NCBI GenBank assembly: GCA_049724395.1
Contig: JAUGWO010000107.1
Coordinates: forward strand, 1 to 64,000
DNA: 64,000 nt
Direction: 5' to 3'
Source: Spongospora subterranea f. sp. subterranea
Lineage: Eukaryota
In this document: positions 50,776 to 63,354 of the stretch, in pieces
How positions within the stretch are numbered: the first letter of the stretch is position 1
Layout: the number at the start of each line of letters is the position of its first letter
Made by a program: the position numbers and the translations under genes
The notes under the pieces: generated by a model
Databases searched by the model: none
Told to the model about the DNA's origin: nothing
What the model saw: only the letters and a program-made list of their open reading frames with translations

Positions 50776-53700
50776 TTATCTCACACCTCCTTCATCAGCT
50801 TTCAACTCTTCCATTTCCTGTCTTCTTTTGTCGTCGGCCATCCGTCGGCGTTTCGCTTCAGTTCTTTCTTTTTTCCTCATTTCAGCAAGCTTGGACACGG
50901 CAGGCGGTCTCCTCACAACCTGAAATAATAGTGATCAGAACAAACTGGTGAAGCTCAGTCCGGGTACTGTGATCTGACCTCATCGTAGGAAGCAGCATGT
51001 GCACCAGTGAGCGTAGAAAGCTGGCCTTTCTTTCGACGGGCCACGATCTGCTCTTGCCTAAATTCACTGAAGCACATGTCACCATCCTGATCCGCAACGT
51101 CTTCAAGATCACCAGAAGAACGATCCGAAGCCATAACCTGAAACATATTAAAAAAACAGGATTATGATTCACCAGATCCAAACCTGACTTAACAGCTCTA
51201 ACTGGGAGTTTTTGGAATTCAAAAGAAGTTTTTCTCCTTGATGTGAAGCTGTGTCTACCAGATTTGTCACCACCTAAATAAACGGTTAGCGTAAATTGTG
51301 CTAAAAAGATGTATCACCAGACCTTAAAGCTGTATCCTTGATCAATGAGAAAGGTTTGACGCTTTGTTGCATATAACATTTCCTATCGCAGATAATAAAC
51401 CGAATTATTGAGTACAAGGCTAACGCTTGCTTGCCTTGGTATCTTCAGAAACTAAAGTGTAAAAATAAGCATTAAAGCGGGAGGACGTCGTTGCCTTGGG
51501 GCGAAGAATTCGGCCTAATCGTCGGACTTAGTCTCGTTATTGTAATCACTACCAAAACATTAAATTACCGAGACGCTGGGCCTCCTGTCTTCTCGACGCG
51601 AAATGGGATGATATTTGGATGATGACATTGACATCTGGCAAATCTATTGATGTGTCACCCACTTTGGATATAAACAGCGTGTTGAGATTGTCGTCCGTTT
51701 GGATATGTTTCAAGAAATCCAAGCGTTCTTGATCCTGGCAAAACTGTCAGATAAGATCTGCTGACAAATACAGGCATACAAACCTTAGTCTTTCCGTGAA
51801 TCAAGGGTCGCTTCAAATCTTTAGCGTACTTTTCTAATGAGAATATGTTATCGGAAAAGACCAGAATTTTGTCACCGCGCGCTTCATGCCAATTAATCAA
51901 GTACTGGCAAGCCCGGAATTTGTTCGGGTTCATGACATCTAACACAGAACGTCATTTTCAACAAAACGATGATTATGAAGTTGCACAGACAGAGTAAACG
52001 CTGTTTGTGGGCTTCGGCTGTAAGGTACTAAACAGATCGAATAAGATTGACAGCATCGGAGTGTAATGAATCCTCAGACCTCTGCATAAAATTCGGCTGT
52101 CATTGGACATCTAACTTCGACACATTGAACGGTCGCTAGATACCCCTGCAACTGAAGCGCAAGCCAGTTGGCTTCATAGAGCTTGGGACCGATCAAAAAC
52201 GAGAGATGGTCAATCAAATCATCTTCACGAAGCAAAGTTGCTGTCAGCCCCAGCTTGCATCGAGAATGCGTCATCGACACACAAAGCCGGAATGTTCTGG
52301 CAGGGGCAACATGCACCTTAGGCAAAATTAGCAGGTACAACGGAATTTCGATATATGAGAACTCACCTCATCAAGTATAACAAGTCCCCATTCCCTTTTG
52401 CGGATTTGCTCTAAAATCTTTTGAGCAGCAGCGGAACGTTGCCCAGAGAAAGCAATCATATTATAAGTGGTAATAACAAGAGCAGCCTCATCCTCTACAA
52501 TTGCATCTTTCGTTGTTGAGGTAAATACTGACACGTTTTTTCTAACAAATAGTGATGAGACAAGCATTTGGCTCGTACTGGAGAGAAACACCACCTTGGA
52601 ATGTTGGCCCAATGAAGATACTGCCTTTTCCATTGATCAACGGAAACACCAGTATTACAGAACACAAGGGTGCTTTTTCTGACAGTGCATGTTGCGGTGA
52701 TGCCAACAAGTGTCTTTCCAGCTCCACATGGTAGAACAATAATTCCTGATCGCGCTCGACCATTCCCAAACATTTTACTGAGCGATTTTTCCTGGTAAGA
52801 GCGGATCTGGGCAATCGGCTTCAAAGATATTGGCAGATTTGGAGTGAGATCATCTAGTAAAAATAATTAAGCAAGCCAGAAGCAGAGAGCGTAAGATGGA
52901 ATACCTTTCCTAAATTCGGTACTCTTCTAGCATGGGATATTCTATCTGAATGCACTCTCTACGAACGTCTTCCACAGTCTTAGGATCAATTTCAAATGAT
53001 AAAACCGCGGTTGGGTTAGCGGAAGAAATATTGGCGTCAAACGTAGGCGATAAATCCATTCCCATTGCCTTAGATTGGTCAATACGCGTATTAGCATCAG
53101 TCCCCGGCAGATGTAGGCTTTCTTTTTCAGCCGGTAATGATGTAATAAAGCCAGTTACAGGATCACGCTCTTTTAAAGACGAATCAAACTGATCAATTCG
53201 GGCCTGAGAAATTATGGGTACTCGAAGAAGGTTTTGCAAAGCGGCAGCGTAGATAGATTCAACAAAATATCTGTACAAACAATAAGCAAGACTGCCTCAT
53301 ACAGCTAGTATTGGTAAAAACTACCTGTTTTTGTTGAGAACCAATCGAACTTTTCCGCATCGTTCCGTTCTCGTCTCAATAAATTCTATTAGTTCAGAAG
53401 GAAGATCTGTTTTGCATAGACGACGAAGACCGCTGAGAATATCAGAGGTGCTAAGCGACAGTAATGGGTAAAGATGATTGATAATAAGAAAATGACTAGA
53501 TTACCGTAATCCAACAGATGCAGCAGCGTAAAGTGAAAGATTTGTGATTTGATATTCATGAATGAAATATGGCCTGAATTAACGTCAATATTATTTCATC
53601 ACGAAAAAGTGGGTAATACCTGGTAACCGGCTCGGCGATTCCGATTAAAAAATCGTACGCTTGTTTATATATTGGAGAAAATGTTTCCAGGAGAACTTTC

Positions 53701-53912
53701 CCATTGGGCATTACCCATACGGGCCGATTAACATGATCCGTCTTTAAATCCATTGACGAAAAGTCACGAGATAGTACAACTACAAATGGCATTCAGATGA
53801 GCAGCCATGTCTAACAAGATCTTTTCTGATTATTACTATTTTGGACATTATTACGTTGTTGGTCTTTGATGTGATCAAAGTGCCCATCATTATCGCCATG
53901 ATTGCCGTCCAT
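50776..53912 (-). CDS. XPB: TFIIH helicase subunit XPB (ERCC3/SSL2)
   Basis: [79 protein letters not shown]. Confidence 0.97.
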
Positions 53913-54283
53913 TGCAGTAAATATTAGGAGATGCGGCTACAGTAGCTGCTAGCAGGAATGGGATGCCTGTCATGTGTTGATATTTACACACCGTCCTTAC
54001 TGTACAGTGTACACTGCTAGCCGTACGGGGCGTTGGGCCCGATCAGGGCTGCGCTAGCGCAAAACATGTGACTCAGTCACTGAGTGTCAGAAACTACAGC
54101 ACTGAGAAACTAAACGTTTTCGTAAATTGTGCTTCCGATTCTCATTAATTTGAAATCGCAAGTGCGCACGATCAGCGGATTCGACATGGGAAACCGCACA
54201 ACTGTCAAGGTGGAATGTGCTAAAGAAGTCGACATAATCTACTGCTTTGCCGCAATAACTGGAGGGCGAGGATTCTGGTTACA

Positions 54284-55330
54284 TTGTGGATAGCACCATT
54301 GCTCACTCAGGCCTACTTCAACCACCTGCCACCGATAACAGTCACGGTTTCTGTTTTTCTGTTCTATCCACGTTTTTTTGTCTATTTGGATCGCTCGGCA
54401 ACGGATATATTTTGCCTGTACCTCACATTCCCTACTTCCTCATGTTCGCTTTCTCCCTCTTTCCCCTCGCTCCATTTTCCATGCCTTCACCAAACCATTC
54501 TTTCTTTCTTCGCCCATACCTGGCCTTTCAATTTACTTCGTCACTGTCCCATTGCACCGTTACTTGGTTTTTACCCCTTTTTAATACCATTCCTTTTCCC
54601 TTGTCCTTTCTCCATCCCTGCCGTCTTTTGTTTCAGCCCTAGCCTTCCTATTTCTCGCCATTCCCTTTTCTTTTTTCCATACTCATCAAATACGCTACTA
54701 TCCATCCTTTACTTCACCTTTTCCCTCTAGCCTCCTCGCCCCAGCCTTCATTCTTTTATTTCTTGATTCCCCCGTATTCTTCCTTGACTCTGTTAATATA
54801 CATGCCTATTTACCTGATCCCATTCTCCCTTTTCTCCATATTATTCCTTGCCTTTTTCAAACCCACTCTATCTAGTTCCACCCCAATGATTCATTCTAGC
54901 TTGACATCATTGTCTTCTTTACTGATTTTACATTGCAGTCCTTTTTCACACCATATGGCATCATCTCGTTCCTGTAATTACAATTTCTATCCCTGTTAGG
55001 TTCATTATAATACAGCTCACCCCTATTGCCTGTTCCTGATTATATTACGGTGCCATCTCCCATTCCATCTAATACATCACCATTCAACACATTACCTGCC
55101 TCTGATTACATCTCTCTTCGCCTTTCAACATTCTTCCCCCTAATACATTCATGCCGCATTTCACTGCTGTTCTTACACATCAATCCTTTCTCATATATAA
55201 TACGAACCCATCTTCCATTCCGTATTATCCTCATCACCTTCATTCACTTCTCAAACATGTTTGTCCATCATCTTCCCCTGTAAAAACCAACTACTTGTCG
55301 AAGCTCCATCCCCTTAACACAAAGATGACT
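54284..55330. other. About 1-kb strongly pyrimidine-skewed, G-poor low-complexity tract
   Basis: Top strand dominated by C/T with few G. ORFs here are F/L/S/P-rich and spurious-looking. Confidence 0.75.
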
Positions 55331-55949
55331 GGCGGGAAGAATTGACCCTTGGTCAAAGCATGGTTGAATCCAATTACTCCAATGGCCGTATCACCAACCC
55401 ATCCATCCTTTCAAACCAATCCCCTCCTCAGATAACCTGGAAATTATACAGCTCCGAACGAGATTGCCGAACTGGAACCGGATTGAACCAACAAGAGACA
55501 ATAAACAATTCCTCAAGCGGAGACATAATTCCATTACCGCCAACCTTCGATCGGGTGGCCAAGAACTGCTTAATTGGCTCTGCCAAATGACTATAGGCAC
55601 CCACCAGTCGAGATTCTCGTCCGACAAGATAAAGGTGGCCTTATATTACTCATTTGTTAGAAGGAAATGCGTTATCTTGGGTTACTTATGAGTTCAGTCC
55701 AACCCAAACACGTACCCGTTTCATACCGAATTGGCGATTACAGATGTCCTGTTGAGCTCTATCTGGTTTCTCAAATCTCGCATAATGTCATCTTAGGGTC
55801 TGACTGGTTCGCATAACACAAACCACGTTTGGATTTGGCGAAAGGCCCCAGTTCAAATTGGCGATTGTGAAGAACTCGTGCAATCGATGTCCTCGAAAAC
55901 CTCCTCATTGCTAATGAACACGCAGATCAACAATTTCTAATCTCAGCAG

Positions 55950-56950
55950 CCCGTCATGGTTAACCGCATTGATTGTGGCAATGAAGTTGTCGAGGTTTGC
56001 AGCAGCGACTAGATCCCGGTGAATCCAGCGACGAAATAGTTCAACGGCTTCGTGATCATCGGCAGATTAATGCCCAGTGTTCGCACCGTGCAGAGATGGA
56101 TCAAACAGCACGGCCTGATTCGCTGTATTGCTCCGACAGCGTTGCACCGTTCCAATGAATGATTGGCTGACGTCGAACGCATAATCAGTCGTGGCAAGAC
56201 GTACGAGCAAGTTTTGCACTTTCTGCAGAATGAATATAACGAAAACATATCACTGCACACGTTAAAGTATATTTTTCAGGTAATTTTGACGTTAAGGTTG
56301 CTCGAGACGTACAATGCGTTGTGGCGACACGTAATGCGGTCAATGAGGCTTAACGTGCTCTCGATCCCGATGCAACCGCATCTCGTCGGAAAAGGTGTTT
56401 AACGTGTCGGGAGTATGAGGTTGCGGGTGCTAATGCGTTGTGGCACATCGACCAGAACGATAAATCGCGGCAATTCGGATTCGAGATACATGGTGCAATT
56501 GATGGATGGTCATATAAACTGATGTGTTTGAGAATGGGATTTTCGAATCGCCTGCCAGAGCAATCCTCGCGTACTACTACCTTTCTGCGGTTGAAAGTGT
56601 TGGGTACATGCCAGCCCGTCAGCGAACAGACCGCGACGCGGAGAGCACAATCATTGCTGCCGCTCTGTGTCATTTTTATGGGGAGAGCGCTCACATCTTC
56701 GGCCGCTCAGTTTCCAACCAGATAATTGAATGTTGGTGGAACCAGATGTACCCAATGGGTATTGAGTTCTGGATCGAATTCTTCGAAAATTTGGAGCGCA
56801 ACGGAGCCTGCAACGTCGACGACGATTCCGAATACCGTTGCGCCATTTTCGTGGTCGGTGATCTTCTTGGAGTCACCCTTGCAGATTAGGTAAAATGAGC
56901 GAACGCGGTCGTGATCAGGCAATCGCTTATCACTCGTTGACTCGTCTTTG
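55950..56950 (+). mobile_element. Degenerate DDE integrase-core transposase (IS3/IS481-like eukaryotic family)
   Basis: YEVAGANALWHIDQNDK..FGFEIHGAIDGWS, RTDRDAE, GRSVSNQIIECWW. Frameshifted. Confidence 0.8.
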
Positions 56951-58280
56951 GCGTAATGACAGCAATGGCGCCCTGATTACTACCAACTTAACGAACTTAT
57001 GACAATGCCAGATATTGCCACCGGAGTTGCATATCTTGCTATCTTGCTATGCCTATGAAATTGATATGACTCGGCAACATCGTCATGCCCTCTAATAACT
57101 GCCGGAAGGTGATTCAAATTGCCGAAATACATTTTATTGGTCTCTCAAGTCCAATCATACCAATATCTTCTTGAGCCGCATGACAAGCGTCTGATGTCAA
57201 TACGCTCATCATTGAACACTCTTCGTACACAACGACGTTGCATTGACGTAGTTCCGCTCCTCGATCAGACAATGGCATGAAATAATGAACTGTACTTGGA
57301 CTTAGTTAATGCACTTTCCAAAACGTTCCTGTGGGTACTGGCGCCATATTAGCACATGATAGATTTGTCGGCGCACATCTCCATCCTGATAATTCTATAG
57401 TTTGTGCCATCATCACCTGCACAAAACTTAACTGACCATCCCCAGATCGAGTGCCCTTGTCGTCGAGGTTAAGACAGCTCATTTCAACTCAGAAAGAGGC
57501 CTTCAATCGACTCGATGGCACGTAATCGCTTATTGGAACTCCGACCCCAACGCAAAATCGCACTGTGTTTGGCGTTAACTTATTCAAAGCATTGACCTTG
57601 ACCTGGGTCTATCGCCCTCAATTACGGCACCATTGTGCGACTTTATTTTTGAATATACACCTGGCTTCTTAGTTGCTTGGCGTCAAATGCAAATCGCTCC
57701 AGTTAATTCCAGCTTCTGTAAAGTACATGCAGTCGTCTTTATTTCGAAGTTGCGAAGAGGACAGCGGGAGATCTGACTCAACGGGACCACTTTGGCAATG
57801 CTGTGGATATCGATACCATTAAAATCTGGCAAAAGTCTGAAAATACAATCATTGGATGTGATCCATTGCGTCCCCATGCCCACGATGATATTTTATTACA
57901 CCGTATCCTTTGCTTATAAGTATCGACGAATAATACAATTGGATCAATCTGTGCCAATTGAATGATGATTTTGTTGAAGAACATAGGTTTTACAAAATAT
58001 AAGAAATCTAGGATAATCCCGACTTTCCAAGTTTAGGGTTCAAGTTTGCTTTCTCATTGCAGTTTTACATGTCAGTGATTTGGCCTTGGTTGATTTCACA
58101 AAGAACCCAGACCAAGTTTTGGCAGGGTTGAGTCATTGATGAGTCAATACAGTATTGACATCGCAAGTCGCCTGAGTGATGTCCTGCGCAATGACCAAGC
58201 GAATTGTTGCCATTTGTGATATTGATAGTACATTATTAACAAGTATTTAATCAAGTTTAGACGCCAGTCAGACCGACAAT

Positions 58281-58931
58281 ATGACATTAACATTGTCCAT
58301 TGTTAATTTGGCATGTAAACGATATGTACTATTGTCATGAACCAATCAAATTAATTAATATTATATGTTTATAGGCTGTCTAGCCCTTCTTCAAGTTGGT
58401 GTTCATGCTTATGATGCCAACCAAACCGCCATGGGCTGTGCCGAAACGGACGTTGGTGATACGGCGACAAAGCTGCAATGTCCTGAAGGAATGATTATAG
58501 TGAAGATGAAGGCGGCAGCTTGGGGTCAGAATGCTGGTACTTGTCCAAAGGTCCACACGACATCAAAATGCACTATGGATATCACTGATTTCATGGAGAA
58601 ATACTGCATCAATTCCAATGTCTGCCCGGTCACTGTCACTAATGCCGTTTTGGGAACACCAACTGATCGTGAAGGACGTGAATGCCCATCAGGTGATTCA
58701 CCATTCACATTCGCCGCCACGTATCAATGCGGTATTGCACAATGGGATGGAATGCCATCAACCACTGCACCTTCAGCCATTGTCAATGCACTTCCATCTG
58801 GTGAACAGGACCAAAATGCCACCGCCGCTTCTCCTGCCCCACATAAAAAACATTCTGGAAACACGGCAGCTGCTGCTGGATCGATCGTGATTGGAGCTAC
58901 TATTGCTCTCACAATGGCAGCATTTATCTAA
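58281..58931 (+). CDS. Secreted, probably GPI-anchored SUEL (galactose/rhamnose-binding) lectin-domain protein
   Basis: Spliced signal peptide MTLTLSIVNLACCLALLQVGVHA; LQCPEG..AAWG..GTC..C..C....C.V....LG..CP...YQC; S/T/A linker; hydrophobic tail. Confidence 0.8.
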
Positions 58932-59122
58932 TTATCACTAAAATAAACTTTAACTACTATTTTCTTGAAACTGGTTCGTGTTTGTCGAATGACAAAACGA
59001 CATTGTGTATTTAGCTGAACTAGGTAGTCGAGATCAAATGGATTCTGTGACCTGTTTTGTATTGATCCCATTAAATATATAATTTGATAGCGATCATTAA
59101 CTGCTGAGAGAGTCATTATATC

Positions 59123-60194
59123 ATGTCAAGGGCTAAAAAGAAACGAGATAATCAGGTCTATATTAAAGATGTTGAGGAATGGAAAACGGCGATCTCCAAG
59201 CCATTATTGCTTGTAGCCGAGCTGTATGCGCCACATTTTGGACCATGTGAGATCATGTTTCCATTCATCGATGAGCTCATGCAAAACTTGGAGAGCAGTG
59301 GCCAGGCTGATGAGGTACATTGGGCAATTGTTAATGTGGCGAAGCTGGAAGACGAGAAGGCGGCATCAAATGCAGAGGATGCCTTAAAGAAACAGGAGGT
59401 TGAAGGTAAATATGGATTAGACTATAGCTTGGGGTTCTCTGATCATAATCCCTTGTCAATACCATAGCAATCAAGAGCAAGGAAGGGACCGATTCAGGAC
59501 CTGACGATGTGCCTCCATCATCTATAACTCCAGTTGCTGAACCAGACATCGACTTGGACGACGAAATTCGTCAATCAAAATCAATTGATTCTGGAATTCC
59601 TTACCTTGATAAGGTATAATTTGTTATACCCTCTGGAAATCATGTGTCCTTTGTACCTCATTCCATTCTCCCTATTACAGTACGTTGGATTTGCCCATCC
59701 GACGCCTCATTATGTATTTTTTCGCAATGGATCTGTGGTTGAAGAGCTTCGAGGCGCCAATCCACCAAAACTAGAGCAGCTCGTTAGAAAATGGATCGCA
59801 CTGAAGGACGGGCCTGAACCGAAACCAGTTCCTGTTGATGATTTTTCAGTGTTTCATCCGGACGAAGATCGGCCCCGACGAGGTTCTATGTCTTTATACG
59901 CTCCAGGAGATGAGCCTGAGCCTGATATTCATCTTGAAGGTATAATTCATTGGAGCGAATCGCCTTTCTGATCGGATTGACATAACTGATATAGGGGTGA
60001 AACCGATAGAAAATTTGAGCCAACCAGTGGAGGTGAAAGAGGTCGTTGACCCTGTACCTGAGCCAGTACCCCCAGGGACGGAAACTGATTCAGTGGTTGC
60101 TATGGAACCTGAACCGCCTATTGATCCATCACCAATACCCCAAACACAGCCAACCGATCAAGTTGAGATTCCCTCAACACCTATTTCAGCATGA
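59123..60194 (+). CDS. Thioredoxin-like protein of the NME8/outer-arm dynein light chain type with a Pro/Glu-rich tail
   Basis: Basic N-terminus, ELYAPHFGPC, P.YVFFRNG.VVEELRGANPPKL. Confidence 0.7.
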
Positions 60195-60227
60195 TCTCGA
60201 TGATGATTAAATCAGTTTATTGCCAGA

Positions 60228-60482
60228 CTATATAGTGAAGGCCAAGAGCAGAATGATGACTGATAATACTATCAATGGTTGAGATGTTGTGCTCCCATTG
60301 CTGCGAAACCATCCTTTTACTCTGTGCTTCATGGTGCTACCTTGGCTAACGACCACATTTTCTGAATATGCTTCTTCTGATCCTTCATCATCTTGGGCAT
60401 AGCTAGTCCGACAGCTGGACAATATCAGTATCACCACAGAACACAACAGCAACCACTTCATCGATATCCCCATTGATATCAT
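60228..60482 (-). CDS. Small secreted or GPI-anchored hypothetical protein
   Basis: Hydrophobic N-terminus, acidic core, hydrophobic C-terminus. Confidence 0.55.
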   Translation of the reverse strand: MISMGISMKWLLLCSVVILILSSCRTSYAQDDEGSEEAYSENVVVSQGSTMKHRVKGWFRSNGSTTSQPLIVLSVIILLLAFTI

Positions 60483-62263
60483 TTGTGCTGCCAGAGTAGG
60501 TACTTTGTCTGGAAATGGTCCTGTCTGACCCTGGCTTCCGTTGATTGTCATGAGTCATCACTTCACTTTGCCGGGCGGTTCTGGAGTGACCGATTGTTAG
60601 TTAATTCCATCACCTTTACAATTAACGGTGAACCTGACTTATTGGGTCTTAATTAATACATCTATGGAGTAAATTATGAATGTGGAAAGTAGTTATAAAA
60701 ATAGTCTGTGAACTGCCCATCGCGGTCTGATACACAACAATCAATCGATAGATGTATTATTGAAGACGTTCAATATGTCATGTTCATGACTGATCGTTAA
60801 CAGACGCAGCCAAGAGAAATATCCCACGCCTGGGACATGATATGTACCCGATTAAATTCATTTGATGGTCATCCTCTTTATCAAGGATGCTTTACAGCTT
60901 CTTGATTACGTTCAGTTTTACGTGATGATGACCGAAGACGACGTCATCATTATACATTTTTCGAGGTTTCTTTTTGAAATTCGTAGGGATCACCCTTCAA
61001 CGCAGACAGCCTCTTGTCTGACTAAGTTCTTCACCGCATCGAGAATGCGGAAGGGTACATAGTGAAAAAATATGGGCCGAGCAGTAGGCCAATCATCATA
61101 CCGTTATTGATTCAGTTAAATGACTTCTGTTAGCCTACAGAGTTCGAAACCCAGCAAAACTGGTTTTTTCACCAGAAACCTACTCCTCGACGCAAAAAGG
61201 GGAAACAAGGCAAAAAAGGAATCACCATGACACGTATCGAAACAGGATACCATTTACATTCGTCATCATGTATCCATGGATGACTGTGCGCCAGTGCGGG
61301 TTCAAAACGGATCAGGGTTCAAAAAGGTTCAAAATTGAACCCGCCCCTAAATATACCGAATAGCGGCACTTGATAAGGGTCAAGATAATCCTGTCCCCTC
61401 TACCCCACTCCATGCCCTCTGTTACAGAGGTATGGGATAATAGGTCACTTGTCCCGGCTCAAAACAACCTGCAGTACAGTGTCGTTGCGTTTCTGTTACT
61501 TGGTCGTCGGCCAGTAACAAAACAGTGCCCGGCCGAAACGTAAAGATAGTTGAACCTTAACACAGTCAGAGACAGTTGAAAACGTGACGCCAATGTCGCT
61601 CTCGCATTTCAATCATTACCGGCATTTCTATATTGCGACGTGAAACGCAGGATCATCGAAGCAGAGACAGATAACAAAATTGGTATATTATCTTTATGGT
61701 GACAAAGCTTATACGTGCGATTTGGTCGGTTTTACAACGAACTGCTCAGATTATCAAAGCGCTCGTGGACATTAGATATGGGTACAGATCAATACCATCC
61801 TTCTACAGCAGTTTTTTGACCGAACAATTTAGTAGCGTCATCACGGTTCTGAACTGGCACGTCTGCGATGCCCTGGGGAAATGGCCTTACCAAGAGGGTG
61901 ATCGGAGTCGGGGCAAAATCGAATCAGAGATATTGTGTTGGAGCAGATTGAGATTTTTATTGAATAAAATAATGTGAGAACGTGTTCTGGGACTTAGATT
62001 ACCCTTTTCTATTTCGATTATAACTCAATTGCTCAGCTGGCCCATCATACACCATTACCAAATGTCGTGATGATTCTAAAAACGGACCTACATGGAGTAA
62101 AGGGATGGATTTCGTGTGGACTATTGGCCGGGCGGACTTGGCGATAAACTATAAACTCCAGTCCCATTTGACCAAGGCGGTTGCAAACGCCAAGTGCAAC
62201 TAGCAATACCTATTCCAGGGCTAAGCCAGATATAGGATCAACAGGATCGCCCTTGTTGATCAT

Positions 62264-63354
62264 ATGACCACTATTCGAACATCATGGAACCAATCAGTTC
62301 ACGCTTTGGGGCGCCCTCATTGGTTTGAGCCAGGGATGAATGAGTGTATCAAACAGATGAAAGAAGCTGCTCATAAAGGGACTCGAGCTATGTTTGAGGT
62401 ACGGGACGCCCGAATACCTTGCTTATCCCATCCTTCAATTGAGGCATTAACTTGTCCACCTTATTCCTACCGTCGTATGATTTGTTATACGCATTGTGAT
62501 CTTCTTCACGATCGTGATCTCCCGCGCATTACCGATTATGCCAAGTCAATTTCCTCTGGTGTATCGCCTCTATTATTGAAGTTGGCTGATCATAAACACG
62601 GTCCAGAGCCAAGGACTAGCGTGATTAGAAGCTCTATGATCTCCTTCCTTTTCCATGCATATGATGGCAAATATGACCCACTATATCCATTACGCTCATT
62701 CGCTGTTGGGTTCCCAAATGTTGGCAAATCCACATTTCTATACGTTAGCACACAGGCTCAGGTAGGTTCAGAAAAGCGGATGTTGTCGATTGTCAGGAAT
62801 TGCACTAAGTTGTTTTCCAACAGACCCGTATTATGCGAAAAAAACAGGATTACCATCTTCCCAAAGTGGCCAATATTCCTGGGTATACAACCGTGCTGAA
62901 GCCTCATTGGCTTTCTATTAAGGATCCACCTGCTAGAATAATGGATACTCCTGGTATCAATCTTCCAAGAGGCTCATTCGTAAAGTATTTTACTGCAAAC
63001 CTTTGGTTGGAACTGCTTGTTTTCATATTCATTGTCAGAGATCGAGAGTCGTTCTATAAATTGTCGCTGATCGGCTGTCTCCAAGAGAAATTCTACATTC
63101 AGGAAGTCGAAGATGTCCTTGATTATCTTCTGTTCAAGCTCAATCGTTCTGGTCATCTTGATTATGTTCAGTATCTGAATATATCCGATGCAACAGATGA
63201 TGTTGAACAGCTGATTCAGACGTTACTTGATGATGGAGCGACACAAACGGATAGAACTACTTTGGCCTTGCGAATTATCAATCAATGGCGACGAGGGGAA
63301 TTCGGCAGAATGTGTCTTGATCAAATTCCAAACTCGCAGTCGTCACAACTGTGA
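62264..63354 (+). CDS. MTG1: Circularly permuted GTPase of the RbgA/MTG1 family
   Basis: HWFEPGM, EVRDARIP, VGFPNVGKST, ANIPGYT, DTPGI, WRRGEFGR. Two short introns. Confidence 0.8.

Noticed and set aside
29927..63354. Functional cluster of ribosome-biogenesis genes (NOG1, TSR1, RRN7, MTG1)
   Set aside because: Dispersed among unrelated genes; compatible with chance.
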